Source of the DNA: Pseudomonadota bacterium
GTDB taxonomy: Bacteria; Pseudomonadota; Gammaproteobacteria; Xanthomonadales; Xanthomonadaceae
DNA length: 62,018 bases
Assembly: GCA_023392975.1 (NCBI GenBank)
Contig: JAEWNA010000348.1
Coordinates: 1-62,018, forward strand
Direction of reading: 5' to 3'
Shown here: in pieces, positions 34,220 through 44,029 of the stretch
How the letters are laid out: every line of letters starts with the position of its first letter
How positions within the stretch are numbered: position 1 is the first letter of the stretch
Translations under genes and position numbers: made by a program
The notes under the pieces: model-generated
Databases searched by the model: none
The model's input: the letters and a program-made list of their open reading frames with translations, nothing else
Told to the model about the DNA's origin: nothing

Positions 34220-34490
34220 GGGGATCTCCTCGCGGCGCCGGGCGGTCGGCGCGGAACGGGGGTCATCATGGGGGGGGCTGCAGGCCATTTCCACCCGCGG
34301 GGCGGCGCGGGTCGGGAAACGCTGCGATCCACCTCCGGCGGACAGGAGGCGCGATGCGAGGCGAACGGTACGCGAACCGGCCGAACGCGCTTCATCCCGG
34401 CGCCATCCCGGTCCGATTAACAGCGCATTCACGCCGCAAACGGCCGCAAGCGTCATCCTGTCGCCCGATATTCCGCTGCGGACCCCGACC

Positions 34491-36071
34491 ATGCGCCTGC
34501 CGGCCACCCTCGCCGCCCTCACCTTCGCGCTCGCTTCGGCCGTGGCGCCGGCGCAGGAGACGAAGCTGCCGGACATCGGCTCGTCCGCCAACGAACTGCT
34601 GAACCCGGCCAAGCAGGCCGAATACGGCAGCATGATGCTGGCCCAGCTGCGCCACTACGACTACGTGCTCGACGACCCGCTGGTCGACGGCTGGCTGCAG
34701 TCGGTCGGCCACCGGCTGGCGGCCGCCAGCGACAAGCCGCAGCAGCCGTTCACCTTCTTCATGCTCCGGGACCGGCAGTTCAACGCCTTCGCCACCCTTG
34801 GCGGTTACGTCGGCGCCAACGCCGGCATGATCCTGGCGGCGGAAGACGAGGACGAAGTCGCCGGCGTGCTGGCGCACGAGGTCGCCCACGTCACCCAGAC
34901 CCACGTCCTGCGCGCCGCCGAGCGGGCGCAGAAGGACAGCGTGCCGATCCTGCTGGCGATGCTCGGCGCGATCGCCGTGGCCCAGTCGGCCGGCGGCTCG
35001 TCCTCGGGCGACGCCTCGATGGCCGCGCTGGCGACGGCGCAGGGCCTGATGGTGCGGCGCCAGATCGACTACACACGCTCGAACGAGGCGGAAGCCGACC
35101 GGATCGGCATCCAGACCCTGGTCCGCGCCGGCTACGACCCGCAGGCGATGGTCCGCATGTTCGAGGAGATGCAGTCGATCTCGCGGGTGAACCAGGGAGG
35201 CGAACGCGAACGCACGCCGAGCTACCTGCAGACCCACCCGGTCACGACCACCCGCATCAGCGAGGCCCGCGCCCGCGCCGAAACGCTCGCGGCGAAGCCG
35301 CCGGCGATCGACGCCGGCGACGTGCCCGGCGGCAATCCGCTGTTGCCGCCGGGGCTCCGCATGTCCGGCGATGCGGCCGGCAGCGACAGCGTGCAGTTCG
35401 GCTGGGCGCAGGAGCGCATCCGCGTGCTCAGCGCCGACACCGCCGCGCAGGCCGTGCGCGAGTACGAGCGCATGCGCAAGGCGAAGCCGCTCACCGACGC
35501 CCAGCGCTACGGCCTGGCCCTCGCCCACGAACGCAACGGCGACCACGCCGCCGCCAGGAAGGAGCTCGCCCCGCTGCTCGCCAGCTACCCGGCCGACCCC
35601 TGGATCGTCATCGCGATGGCCGAATCCGAGGCGCACGCCGGCGATCTCGCCGCCGCCGACCGGCGCATGGAGGCGCTGCTCGCGCGCATGCCGCGGCACC
35701 GCGCGGCCAGCCTGAGCTACGCCCGCCTGCTGGTGGAGCGCAACGATGCCGACGCCGGCCGCCGGGCGCAGGCCGTGCTGCGGCCGCTGCTGTCGACGAC
35801 GAAGGACGACCCGATCTTCCAGCAGACCTTCGCCCGCGCCAGCGAGGCCGCGGGCGACCCGGTCCGCGCCGGCGAGGCCTACGCCGAGGCCGAGGTGCTG
35901 AACGGCCGGCCGGAACGGGCGCTGGTCCAGCTCAACACCCTGCTCAAGCGGCCGGAAGTGGACTACTACGCCCGCGCCCGGATCGAGGCGCGCATCGCCG
36001 AGATCACGCCCTCGGTGCTGGAACTGCGCCGTCAGGGCGTGCGCGACGACGCGCTGGAACGCCGGATCTGA
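34491..36071 (+). CDS. bepA: M48 metalloprotease with TPR repeats (BepA-like)
   Basis: Signal peptide, LPDIG, NAFA, HEVAH, EAEAD, THP. Confidence 0.85.
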   Translation: MRLPATLAALTFALASAVAPAQETKLPDIGSSANELLNPAKQAEYGSMMLAQLRHYDYVLDDPLVDGWLQSVGHRLAAASDKPQQPFTFFMLRDRQFNAFATLGGYVGANAGMILAAEDEDEVAGVLAHEVAHVTQTHVLRAAERAQKDSVPILLAMLGAIAVAQSAGGSSSGDASMAALATAQGLMVRRQIDYTRSNEAEADRIGIQTLVRAGYDPQAMVRMFEEMQSISRVNQGGERERTPSYLQTHPVTTTRISEARARAETLAAKPPAIDAGDVPGGNPLLPPGLRMSGDAAGSDSVQFGWAQERIRVLSADTAAQAVREYERMRKAKPLTDAQRYGLALAHERNGDHAAARKELAPLLASYPADPWIVIAMAESEAHAGDLAAADRRMEALLARMPRHRAASLSYARLLVERNDADAGRRAQAVLRPLLSTTKDDPIFQQTFARASEAAGDPVRAGEAYAEAEVLNGRPERALVQLNTLLKRPEVDYYARARIEARIAEITPSVLELRRQGVRDDALERRI

Positions 36072-36127
36072 CGGCACGCGCGGGCTTCGGCCGGCCCGGC
36101 GGCAACCGCGGCGGTGACGCATGTCCG

Positions 36128-36156
36128 CCGTCACCGTCCGGTCACAAAAGTGTCGT
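36128..36156 (+). promoter_or_regulatory. Pho box upstream of phoB
   Basis: GTCAC (36130), GTCAC (36141), GTCGT (36152) at exact 11-bp spacing. Confidence 0.75.
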
Positions 36157-36224
36157 CTACTGTGGCCTGCGCCCGGTCGGCATCGCCCGACCGGACCTCC
36201 CCCGCAGCCGATCCGCCAGAGCCC

Positions 36225-36914
36225 ATGCAGAAGCGCATCCTCATCGTCGACGACGAACCCGCGATCCGCGACATGGTCGCCTTCGCCCTGCGCAAGGGCG
36301 AGTACGAGCCGGTCCACGCCGGCGACGCCCGCGAAGCCCAGGCCGCCATCGCCGAACGCGTACCCGACCTGATCCTGCTCGACTGGATGCTGCCCGGCAC
36401 CAGCGGCCTCGAACTGGCCAGGCGCTGGCGCCGCGACACCCTCACCCGCGAGATCCCGATCATCATGCTCACCGCCCGCGGCGAGGAGAACGATCGGGTC
36501 GGCGGGCTGGAAGCCGGCGTCGACGACTACGTGGTCAAGCCCTTCTCGGCGCGCGAACTGCTGGCCCGCATCCGCGCGGTGCTGCGCCGCGCCCGCGACG
36601 ACGACGAGGACGGCAGCGTCCAGGTCGGCGGGCTGCGCATCGATGGCGCCTCGCATCGCGTCTACGCCGGCGAGGCGCAGGTGCAGATGGGCCCGACCGA
36701 ATATCGCCTGCTGCACTTCTTCATGACCCACGCCGAGCGGGTCTACACCCGCAACCAGCTGCTCGATCACGTCTGGGGCGGCAACACCTACGTTGAGGAA
36801 CGCACGGTCGACGTGCACATCCGCCGGCTGCGGCGCGCGCTGGAGCCGGTGCAGCTCGAGGGGATGGTGCAGACCGTGCGCGGCGCCGGCTATCGCTTCT
36901 CGGCGACGCTCTGA
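36225..36914 (+). CDS. phoB: Phosphate regulon response regulator
   Basis: LLDWMLPGTSG, RTVDVHIRRLR, QTVRGAGYRFS. Confidence 0.97.
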   Translation: MQKRILIVDDEPAIRDMVAFALRKGEYEPVHAGDAREAQAAIAERVPDLILLDWMLPGTSGLELARRWRRDTLTREIPIIMLTARGEENDRVGGLEAGVDDYVVKPFSARELLARIRAVLRRARDDDEDGSVQVGGLRIDGASHRVYAGEAQVQMGPTEYRLLHFFMTHAERVYTRNQLLDHVWGGNTYVEERTVDVHIRRLRRALEPVQLEGMVQTVRGAGYRFSATL

Positions 36915-36955
36915 TCGCCCGGGTCGCCCCGGACGAACGCCGGTAGACTGCAAGG

Positions 36956-38296
36956 ATGCCGATCGACGCCCGCAACGCGTGGTTCCGGACGCTGGGGCTG
37001 CTGGCCTTGGCGCTGGCGGCCGCGCTCGCGCTGGGCCTGATCGTCGGCCAGCCGTGGCCGGTGCTCACCTTCGCCGCGCTGGGCGTCGTGGCCTGGCATT
37101 ACTGGAAGCTGCGCAAGCTCCTGCTGCGCCTGACCGCGCGCAAGCGCGAAGCGCCGCCGGCCGGCGACGGCGTCTGGAACCAGCTCGACCGGCTGCTCCA
37201 TCGCAGCCAGGCCGAGGTCCGCGGCCGCAAGCGCCGGCTGGTGGCGATGCTGCGCGCCTACCGCGCCGCCGCGGCCGCCCTGCCCGCCGCCATCGTCGTG
37301 GTCGAGCGCAACAGCCAGCGCATCCTGTGGTTCAACGAGGCCGCGACCCGGCTGCTCGGCCTGCGCTATCCGCGCGACACCGGCACCTCGCTCGGCGACC
37401 GGCTGCAGCCATTGCCGGTCGCGCACTGGCTCGCCACCGGGCGCAACGCCGAACCGCTGCACGACGTGGCCTCACCCGTCGGCGCCGACCTGCGCCTGAG
37501 CCTGCGCCTGATCCCCTATTCCGACGAACTGTGGCTGCTGGTCGCGCGCGATGTCAGCAAGGTGATGCGGCTGGAGCAGATGCGCCGCGACTTCGTCGCC
37601 AACGTGTCGCACGAGTTGCGCACGCCGCTGACCGTGGTCCACGGCTACCTCGATATGCTCGATCCCGAGGAAAAGCCGGACTGGGCGCCGATGCTGACCG
37701 AGATGCAGCGGCAGTCGCAGCGGATGACCCAGCTGGTCGAGGACCTGCTGACCCTGTCGCGGCTGGAAGCGCAGGACGCCCTGCCCGAGGAAACCGTGTC
37801 GATGGCGTCGATGCTGGCGACCCTGCGCCGCGAGGCCGAGGCGCTGAGCCAGCGCCGGCACACGATCTCGGTGCAGGACGAGGCCGGCGTCGACCTCTGG
37901 GGCTCGGCCAAGGAGCTGCACAGCGCGTTCTCGAACCTGGTCAGCAACGCGATCCGCTACACGCCGGCCGGCGGCAACATCCGCGTGCGCTTCGCGCCCG
38001 AAGCCGACGGCGGCGTGTCGCTGGCGGTCGAGGACACCGGTTACGGCATCCCGGCGTCGCACCTGCCGCGCATCACCGAACGCTTCTACCGCGTCTCCAC
38101 CAGCCGCTCGCGCGAGAGCGGCGGCACCGGCCTCGGCCTGTCGATCGTCAAGCACGTGCTGAACCTGCACCAGGCGCGGCTGGAGATCGAGAGCGAGGTC
38201 GGCCGCGGCAGCCGTTTCGCCTGCCGCTTCGGACGCGAGCGCGTCCGTGCGCGAGAATCCCATCCCGGCAACTCCCTTTCCGCGGACCCCGCATGA
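36956..38296 (+). CDS. phoR: Phosphate regulon sensor kinase
   Basis: RRDFVANVSHELRTPLTV, NLVSNA, GGTGLGL. Confidence 0.96.
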   Translation: MPIDARNAWFRTLGLLALALAAALALGLIVGQPWPVLTFAALGVVAWHYWKLRKLLLRLTARKREAPPAGDGVWNQLDRLLHRSQAEVRGRKRRLVAMLRAYRAAAAALPAAIVVVERNSQRILWFNEAATRLLGLRYPRDTGTSLGDRLQPLPVAHWLATGRNAEPLHDVASPVGADLRLSLRLIPYSDELWLLVARDVSKVMRLEQMRRDFVANVSHELRTPLTVVHGYLDMLDPEEKPDWAPMLTEMQRQSQRMTQLVEDLLTLSRLEAQDALPEETVSMASMLATLRREAEALSQRRHTISVQDEAGVDLWGSAKELHSAFSNLVSNAIRYTPAGGNIRVRFAPEADGGVSLAVEDTGYGIPASHLPRITERFYRVSTSRSRESGGTGLGLSIVKHVLNLHQARLEIESEVGRGSRFACRFGRERVRARESHPGNSLSADPA

Positions 38297-40419
38297 GCCC
38301 CCGTCGAACGCAACGCTCCGCCCCCCGTCCGCAGACCGTCGTGGACGCCGCGCAGGACGCCGATCCGCTGCGCGACAGCGCGCTCTACCTCAACCGCGAA
38401 CTGTCGCAGCTGGACTTCAACTTCCGGGTGCTGGCCCAGGCGCAGGATCCGTCGGTGCCACTGCTGGAACGGCTGCGCTACCTGTGCATCTCCTGCACCA
38501 ACCTCGACGAGTTTTTCGAGATTCGCGCCGCGACCGTGCGCCATGCGCTCGACTTCGGCATGCCGCTGGCCGCCGACGGCATCCCGCACGCCAGCCTGCT
38601 CAAGCGCATCCACGACCGCGCCGCCGAACTCGTCCGCGAACAGTACCGCTGCTTCTACGAGGAAGTGCGCCCGGCGCTCTTCGACGCCGGCATCCGCCTG
38701 CTCCAGCGCGAACAGTGGAGCGACGCGCAGACCGCCTGGCTGCGCCAGTACTTCCTCGAGGAGATCATGCCCGTGCTGTCGCCGCTGGGCCTGGATCCGT
38801 CGCACCCGTTCCCGAAGATCCTCAACAAGTCGCTGAACGTGGTGGTGGTGCTGGAGGGTCGCGACGCCTTCGGCCGCGAGGCGCACCTGGCGATCGTGCG
38901 CGCGCCGCGCTCGCTGCCGCGCATCATCCGCGTGCCTGACGAGGACAACGGCGAGGACGAGAGCCACGACTACGTGTTCCTGTCGTCGATCCTGTCCGAA
39001 TTCGTCGGCGAGCTGTTCCCCGGCATGAAGGTCAAGGGCGCCTACCAGTTCCGCGTCACCCGCAACTCCGAGCTGATCGTCGACGAGGAGGAGGTCGAGA
39101 ACCTCGCGCTGGCGCTGCGCGACGAACTGCTCGGCCGCGGCTACCTGCGCGCGGTGCGGCTGGAGATCGCCGAACAGTGCCCGCAGGACATCGTGCATTT
39201 CCTGCTGCAGAACTTCGACCTGCCCGAGAATGCGGTGTATCGCATCAACGGCCCGGTCAACCTCAATCGCGTGGTCCAGGTCTACGACCTGGAGAACCGT
39301 CCCGACCTGAAGTTCCCGGCGTTCCAGCCGCGCAATCCGCTGGAGGGCGAACCGGTGTTCGCGCGGGTGGCCGCCGGCGACCTGCTGCTGCACCACCCGT
39401 TCGACGCGTTCTCGCCGGTGCTGGACCTGATCCGCCAGGCGGCCGAGGACCCGAACGTCCTCGCGATCAAGCAGACGCTGTACCGCGCCGGTCGCGATTC
39501 GCCGATCGTCGAGCACCTGGTCCAGGCCGCGCGCAACGGCAAGGACGTGACCGTGGTGGTCGAGTTGCGCGCGCGCTTCGACGAGGAGGCCAACCTGCGC
39601 CTCGCCGATCGGCTGCAGGACGCCGGCGTGCAGGTGGTCTACGGTGTGGTCGGCTACAAGACCCACGCCAAGATGCTGCTGATCGTGCGCCGCGAAGGCC
39701 GCACGCTGCGCCGCTACACGCACCTCAGCACCGGCAACTACCACGCCGGCACCTCGCGCGCCTACACCGACTTCGGCCTGATCACCGCCAACCCCGACAT
39801 CGGCAGCGACGTGCAGCAGATCTTCCAGCAGATCTCCGGCCTCGCCCCGGCGATCAAGCTGCGACGGCTGCTGCAATCGCCGTTCACGCTGCATGCCGGC
39901 GTGCTCAAGCGCATCGAACGCGAGACGAAGCACGCGCTCGCGGGACGGCCGGCGCGGATCATCGCCAAGATGAACGCGCTCAACGAGCCGCAGGTCATCC
40001 GCGCACTGTACGAGGCGTCGCAGGCGGGCGTGGAGATCGACCTGATCGTGCGCAGCGCCTGCACCCTGCGCCCGGGCATGCCCGGCGTGTCGGACCGCAT
40101 CCGGGTGCGCTCGATCGTCGGCCGCTTCCTGGAGCACAGCCGCGTGTGGTGGTTCGCCAACGACGACGCGCCGGAGCTGTTCTGCTCCAGCGCCGACTGG
40201 CTGGAGCGCAACCTGCTGCGCCGGGTGGAGACCGGGTTCCCGATCCTCGACCCGGCGCTCGCCGCGCGGGTCAAGGCGGAGTCGCTGGACAACTACCTGC
40301 AGGACACGCTCAACGCCTGGGAACTGCGCGCGGACGGCAGCTATCGCCGGATCGAACCGGACGAAGACCATCCGCCGCTTTCGGCGCAGGCGATGCTGCT
40401 CGCGGCGATCGGCGGGTGA
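38293..40419 (+). CDS. ppk1: Polyphosphate kinase 1
   Basis: NRELSQLDFN, HPFP, LHHPF, KTHAK, RFLEHSR. Confidence 0.97.
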   Translation: MSPRRTQRSAPRPQTVVDAAQDADPLRDSALYLNRELSQLDFNFRVLAQAQDPSVPLLERLRYLCISCTNLDEFFEIRAATVRHALDFGMPLAADGIPHASLLKRIHDRAAELVREQYRCFYEEVRPALFDAGIRLLQREQWSDAQTAWLRQYFLEEIMPVLSPLGLDPSHPFPKILNKSLNVVVVLEGRDAFGREAHLAIVRAPRSLPRIIRVPDEDNGEDESHDYVFLSSILSEFVGELFPGMKVKGAYQFRVTRNSELIVDEEEVENLALALRDELLGRGYLRAVRLEIAEQCPQDIVHFLLQNFDLPENAVYRINGPVNLNRVVQVYDLENRPDLKFPAFQPRNPLEGEPVFARVAAGDLLLHHPFDAFSPVLDLIRQAAEDPNVLAIKQTLYRAGRDSPIVEHLVQAARNGKDVTVVVELRARFDEEANLRLADRLQDAGVQVVYGVVGYKTHAKMLLIVRREGRTLRRYTHLSTGNYHAGTSRAYTDFGLITANPDIGSDVQQIFQQISGLAPAIKLRRLLQSPFTLHAGVLKRIERETKHALAGRPARIIAKMNALNEPQVIRALYEASQAGVEIDLIVRSACTLRPGMPGVSDRIRVRSIVGRFLEHSRVWWFANDDAPELFCSSADWLERNLLRRVETGFPILDPALAARVKAESLDNYLQDTLNAWELRADGSYRRIEPDEDHPPLSAQAMLLAAIGG

Positions 40420-40563
40420 CGGACGGCTGATCGCGAGGCGGCCGCGCGGACCTCGCTCTCCGCCGAACGTCTGGTTCCGTTCGGCACGGGCTGTCGGTAA
40501 GCTGCGCGACATTCGGCGCCGCATGCGCCTGCCCGCTGCCCTGCATCGCAGAAGGTCCGCCGC

Positions 40564-42093
40564 TTGAATCGATCCGCTCCCGGTCGCGCCACCACCCCGC
40601 CGCAGGACGGCGAACCGCTCGCTGCCATCGACCTCGGGTCGAACAGTTTCCACATGGTCGTGGCGCGCACCGTGCTCGGCCAGTTGCGGATCATCGACCG
40701 CCTGCGCGAGACCGTGCGCCTGGCCGACGGCCTCGACGACCGCGGCGGCCTGGCGCCCGAAGCCCGCCAGCGTGCGCTGGACTGCCTGTCCCGCTTCGGC
40801 GAACGCATCCGCGATTTCCCGCCGCACAACGTCCGCGCGATCGCGACCAACACGGTGCGCGCGCTGCGCCAGCCGCAGGTGTTCCTCGGCGAGGGCGAAG
40901 TCGCGCTCGGCCATGCCATCGAAGTGGTGTCGGGCCGCGAGGAGGCGCGCCTGATCTACCTCGGCGTGGCCCATGCGCAACCGCCGAAGCCTGCGCAGCG
41001 GCGGCTGGTGATCGACATCGGCGGCGGTTCGACCGAGTGCATCATCGGCTCGGGCTTCGACACGATCGAACGCGAGAGCCTGCAGATCGGCTGCGTCGCC
41101 AGCACCCGCCGCTTCTTCCCCAACGGCAAACTCTCGAAGAAGCGCTGGAAGGAGGCGCTGACCGAGATCGAGGCCGAATTCCAGCAGTTCGCGGGCCTGT
41201 ATCGCGCGCTGGGCTGGCAGGAGGCGATCGGTTCGTCCGGCACCAACAAGGCGATCGGCGACATCTGCGCGGCGATGAAGCTGACCAAGGGCGCGGTGAC
41301 CGCCGAGGCGCTGCCGGTCGTGCGCGACCGGCTGCTGGCCGCCGACCGCATCGACGCCATCGACCTGCCCGGCCTGTCCGAGGACCGTCGGCCGATCATC
41401 GCCGGCGGCGTGCTGGTGCTAGAGGCGGCGTTCGAGACGCTCGGCCTCAAGCGCGTGCTGGTGAGCAAGGCGGCGATGCGCGAGGGCGTGCTGTACGACA
41501 TGCTCGGCCGCGGCGGCGCGGACGACCCGCGCGACGGTTCGATCGACGCGCTGATGCAGCGTTACGGAATCGATCGCGTGCAGGCCGCGCGGGTCGAGGA
41601 CACCGCGATGCAGCTGTTCGACCAGGTCGCGGACCGCTGGAACCTCGGCGAGGACGAGCGGCGCATGCTGGTGTGGGCCGCGCGCGTGCACGAGCTCGGG
41701 CTGGCGATCGCGCACAGCCAATATCACGTGCACGGCGCCTATGTGCTGGAGCACTCCGACATTTCCGGCTTCACCCGGCAGGAGCAGCTATTCCTCGCCG
41801 CGCTGGTGCGCAACCACCGCCGCAACATCTCCAACAAGCTGCTGGACGCCCTGCCCGACCGCCTGCTGCAACCGGCCAAGCGCTGCACCGCGCTGCTGCG
41901 GCTGGCAGTGTTGCTGCACCGTTCGCACGAGGCCGAATCGATCCCGCGGCTCGAACTGCGCGCCGCCAACGGCACGCTCGCGGTCGCGCTGTCGCCGGCG
42001 TGGCTGGACGAACGCCCGCTGCTGCATTCCGACCTGGCGCACGAGCCCGAAGGCATGGCCGGACTCGGCATCGCGCTGCAGGTACCGGTCTAG
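40564..42093 (+). CDS. ppx: Exopolyphosphatase
   Basis: IDLGSNSFH, DIGGGSTE, REG, C-terminal HD-like region. Start uncertain. Confidence 0.94.
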   Translation: MNRSAPGRATTPPQDGEPLAAIDLGSNSFHMVVARTVLGQLRIIDRLRETVRLADGLDDRGGLAPEARQRALDCLSRFGERIRDFPPHNVRAIATNTVRALRQPQVFLGEGEVALGHAIEVVSGREEARLIYLGVAHAQPPKPAQRRLVIDIGGGSTECIIGSGFDTIERESLQIGCVASTRRFFPNGKLSKKRWKEALTEIEAEFQQFAGLYRALGWQEAIGSSGTNKAIGDICAAMKLTKGAVTAEALPVVRDRLLAADRIDAIDLPGLSEDRRPIIAGGVLVLEAAFETLGLKRVLVSKAAMREGVLYDMLGRGGADDPRDGSIDALMQRYGIDRVQAARVEDTAMQLFDQVADRWNLGEDERRMLVWAARVHELGLAIAHSQYHVHGAYVLEHSDISGFTRQEQLFLAALVRNHRRNISNKLLDALPDRLLQPAKRCTALLRLAVLLHRSHEAESIPRLELRAANGTLAVALSPAWLDERPLLHSDLAHEPEGMAGLGIALQVPV

Positions 42094-42124
42094 CGGACCC
42101 GTTCTACAGGATCCGCGGCCTGCG

Positions 42125-42186
42125 GCGTCATCGCGCGGTCATGACCGCGCCATCGACACGCCATCGCACCGCCACCGGCGCTTCAT
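42125..42186 (+). promoter_or_regulatory. Six-unit Pho-box-like array
   Basis: GTCAT 42127, GTCAT 42138, GCCAT 42149, GCCAT 42160, GCCAC 42171, TTCAT 42182, all 11 bp apart. Confidence 0.7.
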
Positions 42187-42223
42187 CGCCGCCGCGCAGA
42201 CTCTGCGAAACCGGAGTCCGCGC

Positions 42224-43399
42224 ATGCATTACGCGATCGTCACCGAAACTTGGCCGCCGGAGATCAACGGCGTCGCACTGACCGTGCATGGCCTCGAGCA
42301 GGGACTGCGCGCGCGTGGGCACAGGGTGAGCCTGATCCGTCCGCGGCAGACACGCGCACAGGCACCGGCGCCCGACGAGCGCCTGGTCCCGGGCCTGCCC
42401 CTGCCGCGCTATCCGGGCCTGCGCTTCGGTCTGCCGGTCACGCGCCGGCTGACCACCACCTGGCGTCTCCAGCGCCCGGACGCGATCTACGTGGCCACGG
42501 AAGGCCCGTTGGGGTGGTCGGCGCTGCGCGCTGCGCGCGCGCTGCACATCCCCGTCGCGACCGGGTTCCACACCCGCTTCGATCGCTACATGCGCGACTA
42601 CGGCGCACCGTTCCTCGAATCCGTGGCGCTGCGCTGGATGCGCCGCTTCCACAACGGCGCGCAGGCCACGCTGGTACCCACCGAAGAACTGCGCGCGGAG
42701 CTGCACGGCCTCGGCTTCACCCATCCGGTGCGGCTGCCGCGGGCGGTCGACACCACGCTGTTCCGGCCGCAGCGCCGCGACGATGTCCTGCGCGCCGCCT
42801 GGGGGCTGCGCGCGGAAGACCTCGCCGTGGTGCACGTCGGCCGGATCGCACCCGAAAAGAATCTCGCGCTCGCGGTCCGCGCGTTCCGCACGCTGCAGCG
42901 AGCCGCACCGTCCGCACGCTTCGTCTGGGTCGGGGACGGCCCGGCGCGGGCGCAGCTCGAACGCGAGAACCCGGACTTCGTGTTCTGCGGCATCCAGCGC
43001 GACGAGACGCTGGCGCGGCATTTCGCCAGCGCCGACCTGTTCCTGTTCCCGAGCCGCAGCGAGACCTACGGCAACGTCACCCTCGAAGCAATGGCCTGCG
43101 GCGTGCCGACCGTCGCCTTCGACTACGGCGCGGCGCGCGAATGCCTGCGCGACGGCGTGCACGGCGCGGCCGTCCGCGACGATGGCGAAGGCGCGGACGA
43201 TGCCTTCGTCGATGCGGCCGTGCGCATCGCCACCGACCATGCCCTGCGCGCGCAGATGCGTCTGGCCGCGCGCGACGCGGTCTCGGCGCTGCGTCCCGAG
43301 CGGGTCGCCGCCGATTTCGACGCCATCCTGCAACGTCTCGCCCAAGCGGAGATGCGCCATGAACCCCGTCTCGCTGCGCCGTCGCCTGCGGGCGAATGA
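42224..43399 (+). CDS. GT4 glycosyltransferase (Agt-like glycolipid synthase candidate)
   Basis: VTETWPPEINGV, ATEGPLG, FHTRF, GRIAPEKN, ETYGNVTLEAMACG. Confidence 0.88.
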   Translation: MHYAIVTETWPPEINGVALTVHGLEQGLRARGHRVSLIRPRQTRAQAPAPDERLVPGLPLPRYPGLRFGLPVTRRLTTTWRLQRPDAIYVATEGPLGWSALRAARALHIPVATGFHTRFDRYMRDYGAPFLESVALRWMRRFHNGAQATLVPTEELRAELHGLGFTHPVRLPRAVDTTLFRPQRRDDVLRAAWGLRAEDLAVVHVGRIAPEKNLALAVRAFRTLQRAAPSARFVWVGDGPARAQLERENPDFVFCGIQRDETLARHFASADLFLFPSRSETYGNVTLEAMACGVPTVAFDYGAARECLRDGVHGAAVRDDGEGADDAFVDAAVRIATDHALRAQMRLAARDAVSALRPERVAADFDAILQRLAQAEMRHEPRLAAPSPAGE

Positions 43400-43913
43400 A
43401 TCGGCCTGGTGCCTGCGCGCCAACGCGCTGTGCGACCGGCGCCTCCCGCTGCGATTCTTCGCGATCGTCAGCCGCCTCGGCGACGGCATCTTCTGGTATG
43501 CGCTGATGGCCGCGCTCGCGCTCTTCGGCGGCAGTGCCGGGCGCGCCGCGGCCCTGCACCTGGCGACGGTCGGGGCCGTGTCGCTTGTGCTCTACAAGGC
43601 GCTGAAGCGCTGGACGCGTCGCCCGCGCCCCTGCGCGGCGGACCTGCGCATCCGCGCGGGGATCGCGCCGCTGGACGAATTCAGTTTCCCGTCGGGGCAC
43701 ACGCTGCATGCGGTCGCCTTCACCATCGTCGCGCTGTGGTACGTGCCGGCGCTGGCCTGGCTGCTGATCCCGTTCGCGGCCAGCGTCGCCGCATCGCGGG
43801 TGGTGCTCGGCCTGCACTACCCGAGCGACGTGCTCGCAGCGACGGGGATCGGGAGCGTGCTCGCGGCGGGGTCGCTGTGGGTGCGGGAGGACGTGATGGG
43901 GTTGCTGGCCTGA
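43359..43913 (+). CDS. PAP2-family membrane phosphatase
   Basis: K-x6-RP, SFPSGH, SRVVLGLHYPSD. Confidence 0.92.
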   Translation: MNPVSLRRRLRANESAWCLRANALCDRRLPLRFFAIVSRLGDGIFWYALMAALALFGGSAGRAAALHLATVGAVSLVLYKALKRWTRRPRPCAADLRIRAGIAPLDEFSFPSGHTLHAVAFTIVALWYVPALAWLLIPFAASVAASRVVLGLHYPSDVLAATGIGSVLAAGSLWVREDVMGLLA

Positions 43914-44029
43914 GACCGCATTGCGGGTGCGTCAGCGCGATAGCCGGCTTGGCGGAAAGCGACGATCCAGGATTCAACCATCGAATCCTCGGAAGCACGC
44001 GACAAGCCTGAAATCCTTGTCCAAGGCAT

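Noticed and set aside
36793..40419. 1208-aa ppk1 ORF, 756-aa creC ORF and 643-aa rmlA ORF as extended proteins
   Set aside because: The extensions overlap upstream genes in another frame; homology begins at the internal starts given.
42125..42186. Short periodic repeats as a CRISPR array or VNTR
   Set aside because: Only 5-bp cores at an 11-bp period with no spacers. Better explained as PhoB sites. No cas genes or CRISPR array anywhere in the window.
43914..44029. Lower-GC gap with two small hairpins (GGATTC-N7-GAATCC, GACAAG-N9-CTTGTC)
   Set aside because: The stems are only 6 bp. They could aid termination between convergent genes, but there is no support for an sRNA or mobile-element end.
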